Shown here in pieces: positions 58,570 through 64,000 of a DNA stretch of 64,000 nt. The notes under the pieces were generated by a model that worked only from the letters and a program-made list of their open reading frames with translations, searched no databases and was not told where the DNA came from. The DNA is taken from contig CAWJDB010000010.1 in NCBI GenBank assembly GCA_963841515.1, positions 431,237-495,236 of the forward strand, given 5' to 3'. The first letter of the stretch is position 1, and every line of letters starts with the position of its first letter. Source of the stretch: Pirellulales bacterium. GTDB taxonomy: Bacteria; Planctomycetota; Planctomycetia; Pirellulales; Lacipirellulaceae. A program made the position numbers and the translations under genes.

Positions 58570-60396
58570 TTAAGTCAATGGCAACGACATCACGAACTTG
58601 CTGCCTTGGTTCAATTCGCTTTCCACCGTAATCTCGCCGTGGTGCATGCGGACAATCTCGCGGGCCAGCGACAAGCCCAAGCCGGTGCCCGTCTCCGCCT
58701 GCACGCGCGGGTCGTCGCTGCGGAAGAATTTGTCGAACACTTTGTCGACCTCTTCCGGCGCGATGCCATAGCCTGTGTCTTCGATGGCGACGCGGAGGCG
58801 CCCCTCCTCGACTTTGACCTTGAGCGCCACGCGACCGCCCGTCGGGGTGTACTTGACCGCGTTGCCCAGCAAGTTGACCACGACGGCGACTATCTTGTCT
58901 TTGTCGAGCGACAGCTCGGGCATTTTGGGCGGCAGCGAGGTTTGAAACTCGATCGACTTCTGCTGCATGAGCGGCTCGACCTTGATCAAGATCTCCGCGA
59001 ACATGCGCTCCGTCTCGACTTTTTGCCGCGTGATCGCCAGCGCGCCGACTTCCATGCTGCTGATGCTCAGCAGATCGTCGATGAAACGGGCCAGCCGCGT
59101 CACTTCGCTGTTGATGATGTTGCAGAACTCCTTTTGCAGCTCCACGTTCACGTGCTCCGTCGTCGCCAGGGTCTCGGCGTAAGCCTTGATGTTCGACAGC
59201 GGCGTGCGCAGCTCGTGCGTGGCGGTGTCGATGAAGCGGTCGCGGGTCTGCTCGGTCAGCTTCTGCTGCGTGACGTCGCGCATCGACCACACGTGCCCCC
59301 GGCTCTCGTCGCCGGCCAGCGGAAATCTGGCCACCCGCAGCACACGTTCCTCGTCGTCTGACTTTTGCACGATTTCGCAGACGGCCGTGCGGACGCGCGC
59401 CGGCGCCGACAACCACTCTTCGCCGGGCGGCTTGACGGCCGACTCTAGCAGGCGCTCCTCCAGGGCGGCGCCCGTCAAGTCGGCACTCTCGGCGTCGTCG
59501 CCCAACAGGGCGGCGATCGCCTGATTGGCAAATGCAATTCGACCCTCGGCGTCGGTCACCGCCACGCCGTCGGAGAGGCGCTGCAGCACTTCCTCCAATT
59601 GGGCGTCGCCGCGACTCTCCGCCGCGCGTGCCAGCACCGCCGTGACGTCGCCCTGCGCGGCCTGTCGCTCGAGCGACGCGATGTGCTCGACCACGCGATT
59701 CCACCCCACCGTCAGGGCATCGCGCGCGCGCAGCGGCGTCAGCTCCAGCTCGGCGCCGGCAGTACGCCGAGCCAAATGCCGCAACAGCGCATCCACGTCG
59801 CCGGCCGGCTTGGCGAGCCGCGACAGCACAAAGGCGCCGGCGACGATCAGCGCCAGCGGCGCCAACACGGCCCACGGCGCCAGCCGCGCCGTGGCTTGAA
59901 TCGTCGACCACACGCTCGGCTGCTCTACGCCGAGACGGAGCTCGCCCAGGCGCTTGCCGCCGGGCGCCAGGGGTACGCGGTACTCCAGCACGGTCTGGCC
60001 GGCCGCGTTGGCGTACTCCAGTCCGGTCACCTCGCCCCAACGCGATTGGCTGCCGCTGGGCTCCTCGTTGCGGCCGCCCACCAGCGCCGGCGAGCTGTGC
60101 GCCAGGATCTTGCCGTCGGTCCCGACGACCTGGCTGTACGACGCGCGGCATTCGCCGCCCAACCGGGCCAGCAGCGCGTTGAGCCCCTTGGTTCCGTGCC
60201 GCAGGTAGTGAATTTCAATCGCCGAGCTGGCCCGACCCACGCGCATCAGGCACGACCCGATGGCCTGGTCGCTAAGCACAGCGTGCGACGTGACGACAAT
60301 TCCCGCCGCGAGCCAACAGACGGCGATCAAGCAGAACAGCAGGTAATACGCGACGATCTTGCGCGAGAGGCCCGGCTTGGGTCGGCTGCGAAACAT
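58570..60396 (-). CDS. Sensor histidine kinase (TM sensor, PAS-like, HisKA, HATPase_c)
   Basis: H-box TATHELRTPLSNIKAY and G-boxes GTGLGLSLAREIV. Confidence 0.75.
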   Translation of the reverse strand: MFRSRPKPGLSRKIVAYYLLFCLIAVCWLAAGIVVTSHAVLSDQAIGSCLMRVGRASSAIEIHYLRHGTKGLNALLARLGGECRASYSQVVGTDGKILAHSSPALVGGRNEEPSGSQSRWGEVTGLEYANAAGQTVLEYRVPLAPGGKRLGELRLGVEQPSVWSTIQATARLAPWAVLAPLALIVAGAFVLSRLAKPAGDVDALLRHLARRTAGAELELTPLRARDALTVGWNRVVEHIASLERQAAQGDVTAVLARAAESRGDAQLEEVLQRLSDGVAVTDAEGRIAFANQAIAALLGDDAESADLTGAALEERLLESAVKPPGEEWLSAPARVRTAVCEIVQKSDDEERVLRVARFPLAGDESRGHVWSMRDVTQQKLTEQTRDRFIDTATHELRTPLSNIKAYAETLATTEHVNVELQKEFCNIINSEVTRLARFIDDLLSISSMEVGALAITRQKVETERMFAEILIKVEPLMQQKSIEFQTSLPPKMPELSLDKDKIVAVVVNLLGNAVKYTPTGGRVALKVKVEEGRLRVAIEDTGYGIAPEEVDKVFDKFFRSDDPRVQAETGTGLGLSLAREIVRMHHGEITVESELNQGSKFVMSLPLT

Positions 60397-60442
60397 GGAT
60401 ATGGCGACATGGGGCTCACGGCAGCAGGGCGCCTGGCGGTCA

Positions 60443-60822
60443 AACGGCGGCGGCAAGCAGTTGGCAGGCAGTCTCTACCACCGCCGAGGGGCTGAATGGC
60501 TTGGGAAACACCGCGTTGATGTCAAGCTCTTGCTGGATGCGAGGCAGCTCGAGCTCCAACCCCTTGGCGGTCAGCAAAATAATCGGCGTCGCGGCGTACG
60601 CGGGCAGGTCGCGCAAACGCCGACACAGCTCCAACCCCGTCATCTCGGGCATTTGCTGGTCCGAGATGACGATATCGAACGACTCCGCTTGCGCCAGCTC
60701 ATAAGCTTCGCGCCCGTTGCGCCGGTGCGCGTCTCAAAGCCGGCGCGTTCCAGGGCAAATTGGGTGACGCGCGCCAAGGCCACGTTGTCGTCGACAATCA
60801 GGGCGCGGCCTCGGACGGTCAT
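60443..60822 (-). pseudogene. Single-domain response regulator (CheY-like receiver); frameshift near 60710
   Basis: ALIVDDNVALARV in 60640..60822 and MPEMTGLELCRRLR...PIILLTAKG in 60440..60652. Confidence 0.6.
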
Positions 60823-60855
60823 TATCGTACCCTCACGGACTGGCGACTCGACGAC

Positions 60856-61284
60856 TTAGAACTGGCTGTACTTAACGCTGGGCGTCTGCGAATTGCTGTC
60901 GCAATTGGCGATGAACGTGCCGTTGGTGGTGTTGTACATCCATCCCGACGTGTTATCCGCGGTCGTGCTCGCGCCGGTGACCGGATGGACGACCGAGTCC
61001 TTCAGGCCCACCGGGCTGGTCGGAAAAACGCCGCGAACATACTGCGGGGACAACAGGCCTTTGAAGTCGGAGCCGGTGGCATTGCACGGCGGCAATTGTC
61101 CGCCGTTGTCCGCGGCGTACAGCTCGATGGCGTCGCGAACGATCGCCAGCGTCTGCTTCAAGCCGTTGTCGGTCGCGTTGCCCGACGTCTTGAGCAACTT
61201 CGGCGCGGCGACGCCGGCCAAGATGCCCAGAATCATGATGATCACCACCAGTTCGATCAATGTGAACCCTGCACGCCGTTTCAT
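60856..61284 (-). CDS. Prepilin-type N-terminal cleavage/methylation domain protein (pilin/pseudopilin)
   Basis: MKRRAGFTLIELVVIIMILGILAGVAAPK. Confidence 0.7.
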   Translation of the reverse strand: MKRRAGFTLIELVVIIMILGILAGVAAPKLLKTSGNATDNGLKQTLAIVRDAIELYAADNGGQLPPCNATGSDFKGLLSPQYVRGVFPTSPVGLKDSVVHPVTGASTTADNTSGWMYNTTNGTFIANCDSNSQTPSVKYSQF

Positions 61285-61629
61285 GTTCGCACCCTTTCTG
61301 AAAAACAATGGCGTCGGCCGTTTCCCGCGAAACGCCGATGCGTAGCCTGCCTATAGACTCACGAGTTCCCGCTCGGGGGGCGCTCCTCGTCCGAAAAAAG
61401 GTAGCACGCGATTAACGCACGTGACTTGGTGGTTTCGCGCCGACTTCCGCCGGGCCTCCGCAGTCAAAACCGTCACGACCGCGCTGAGCTGCAGCCTCGG
61501 ACCGCCGTGGCGCCGCCGGGGATAAGTGGAGCGTGAACTAGACTTTCGGTGCGGCGAACGACCGTGGCTTCGCTACCGGCGTTGTGCAGGTGCATCGCCA
61601 GCAGGAATTCGCATTACATTGGGGGGAGG

Positions 61630-63261
<1,632 letters not shown>

Positions 63262-63282
63262 GGGCGCCGGGAGACGCCAATC

Positions 63283-63757
63283 ATGCCCCACCGTCGATTC
63301 GCCCTCCGCGATCGCGGCGCGTTCACGATCGTCGAGTTGGTCCTCGTCGTGTTGGTGATCGGCATCCTGGCGGCCGTGGCGGCGCCAAAATACGGCGGAG
63401 GCGCTGGCGAACTATCGCGCCAACACGGCTGCCCGGCGGGTCGCCGCGGACCTGCGGTTGGTGCGCACCTACGCCCGCAAGAGCAGTCAGGCGCAAACCG
63501 TGACGTTCAATACCGCATCCGACGCCTACGCGGTTGCCCCGATGCCGGATCTCGACCGACCCGACGCCGCGTACTCAGTGAACCTGGCCGTCCAGCCGTA
63601 CCTCGTCGATTTGAACTTGGTCAACTTCAATGGAACCGCCTCGGTGCAGTTCGATATCTACGGCCGGCCGAATAACTCGGGCTCCGTGATCGTCAAGTCC
63701 GGCAGTCGACAATACACTGTGCAAGTCGACGCGGCGGGCAACGTCTCCATCCAATAA
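63283..63757 (+). pseudogene. GspH-like pseudopilin (prepilin-type N-terminus); frameshift near 63395
   Basis: GAFTIVELVLVVLVIGILAAVAAPK in 63283..63675. It continues ..YARKSSQAQTVTF.. in 63458..63757. Confidence 0.5.
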
Positions 63758-63784
63758 CCCGAGCGGCGCGGCCAAAGCTTAACC

Positions 63785-64000
63785 ATGATCGGCTCGAACC
63801 TCCAACGCCGCTGCCGCTGGGCGGCCTCCGCGCATCGCCGGGGTTACACGCTCCTCGAGCTGATCATCGCCTCCAGCGCCGGCGCCCTTGTGGTCGCCGG
63901 GCTGGCTTCCTCGTTGGTCATCGCCAGCAAGGCTCTCGTGCCCGACGCGCCGGCCACCGCCGACGCCAATCGCGGTGCGCTGGCTCTTTCCCAACTCACC
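63785..64000 (+). CDS. Pseudopilin with prepilin-type N-terminus (partial, runs off the window end)
   Basis: MIGSNLQRRCRWAASAHRRGYTLLELIIASSAGALVVAGL. Confidence 0.5.
   Translation, partial: MIGSNLQRRCRWAASAHRRGYTLLELIIASSAGALVVAGLASSLVIASKALVPDAPATADANRGALALSQLT

Overview
High-GC (~65-70%) chromosomal segment that looks planctomycete-like. The evidence is PEP-CTERM proteins, DUF1080 and DUF1559-style prepilin proteins, and an H4MPT-type gene cluster. Left to right the window holds: an acyltransferase-domain gene and a PQQ-propeller gene; a methanopterin-type cofactor cluster (SDR, DHPS-like, pabB, pabA, DUF447, RFAP-synthase-like); and a mobile-DNA junkyard (RAYT with flanking REP copies, an IS66-family element inserted into a PEP-CTERM gene, an IS5-like element with an 8-bp TSD, an IS4-like element with a ~10-bp TSD). 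It continues with dapA, pdxJ, rnc, several secreted hydrolase/oxidoreductase genes, and a PolX-HhH/DUF932 pair. Next comes the most unusual feature: a ~4.1-kb array of about 40 tightly packed minus-strand tRNA genes (32951..37070) that covers essentially all 20 amino acids and carries an embedded HNH endonuclease gene. Downstream of the array is a PEP-CTERM/GH99-like carbohydrate locus and tRNA-Arg(ACG) at 48410..48484; the whole 31302..48409 segment lies between that tRNA and a 42-bp copy of its 3' half at 31260..31301, so it looks like a tRNA-targeted island. The right end holds a complete type IV pilus operon (STAS-pilB-pilC-pilM-N-O-P-pilQ) preceded by a histidine kinase, a response regulator, a pilin, an HD-GYP/GAF protein and pseudopilins. 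Roughly 25-30 genes, including dapA, pdxJ and pilB, carry single-base frameshifts. That density suggests assembly indel errors, and possibly decay as well. All coordinates are by eye and may be off by 1-3 nt.
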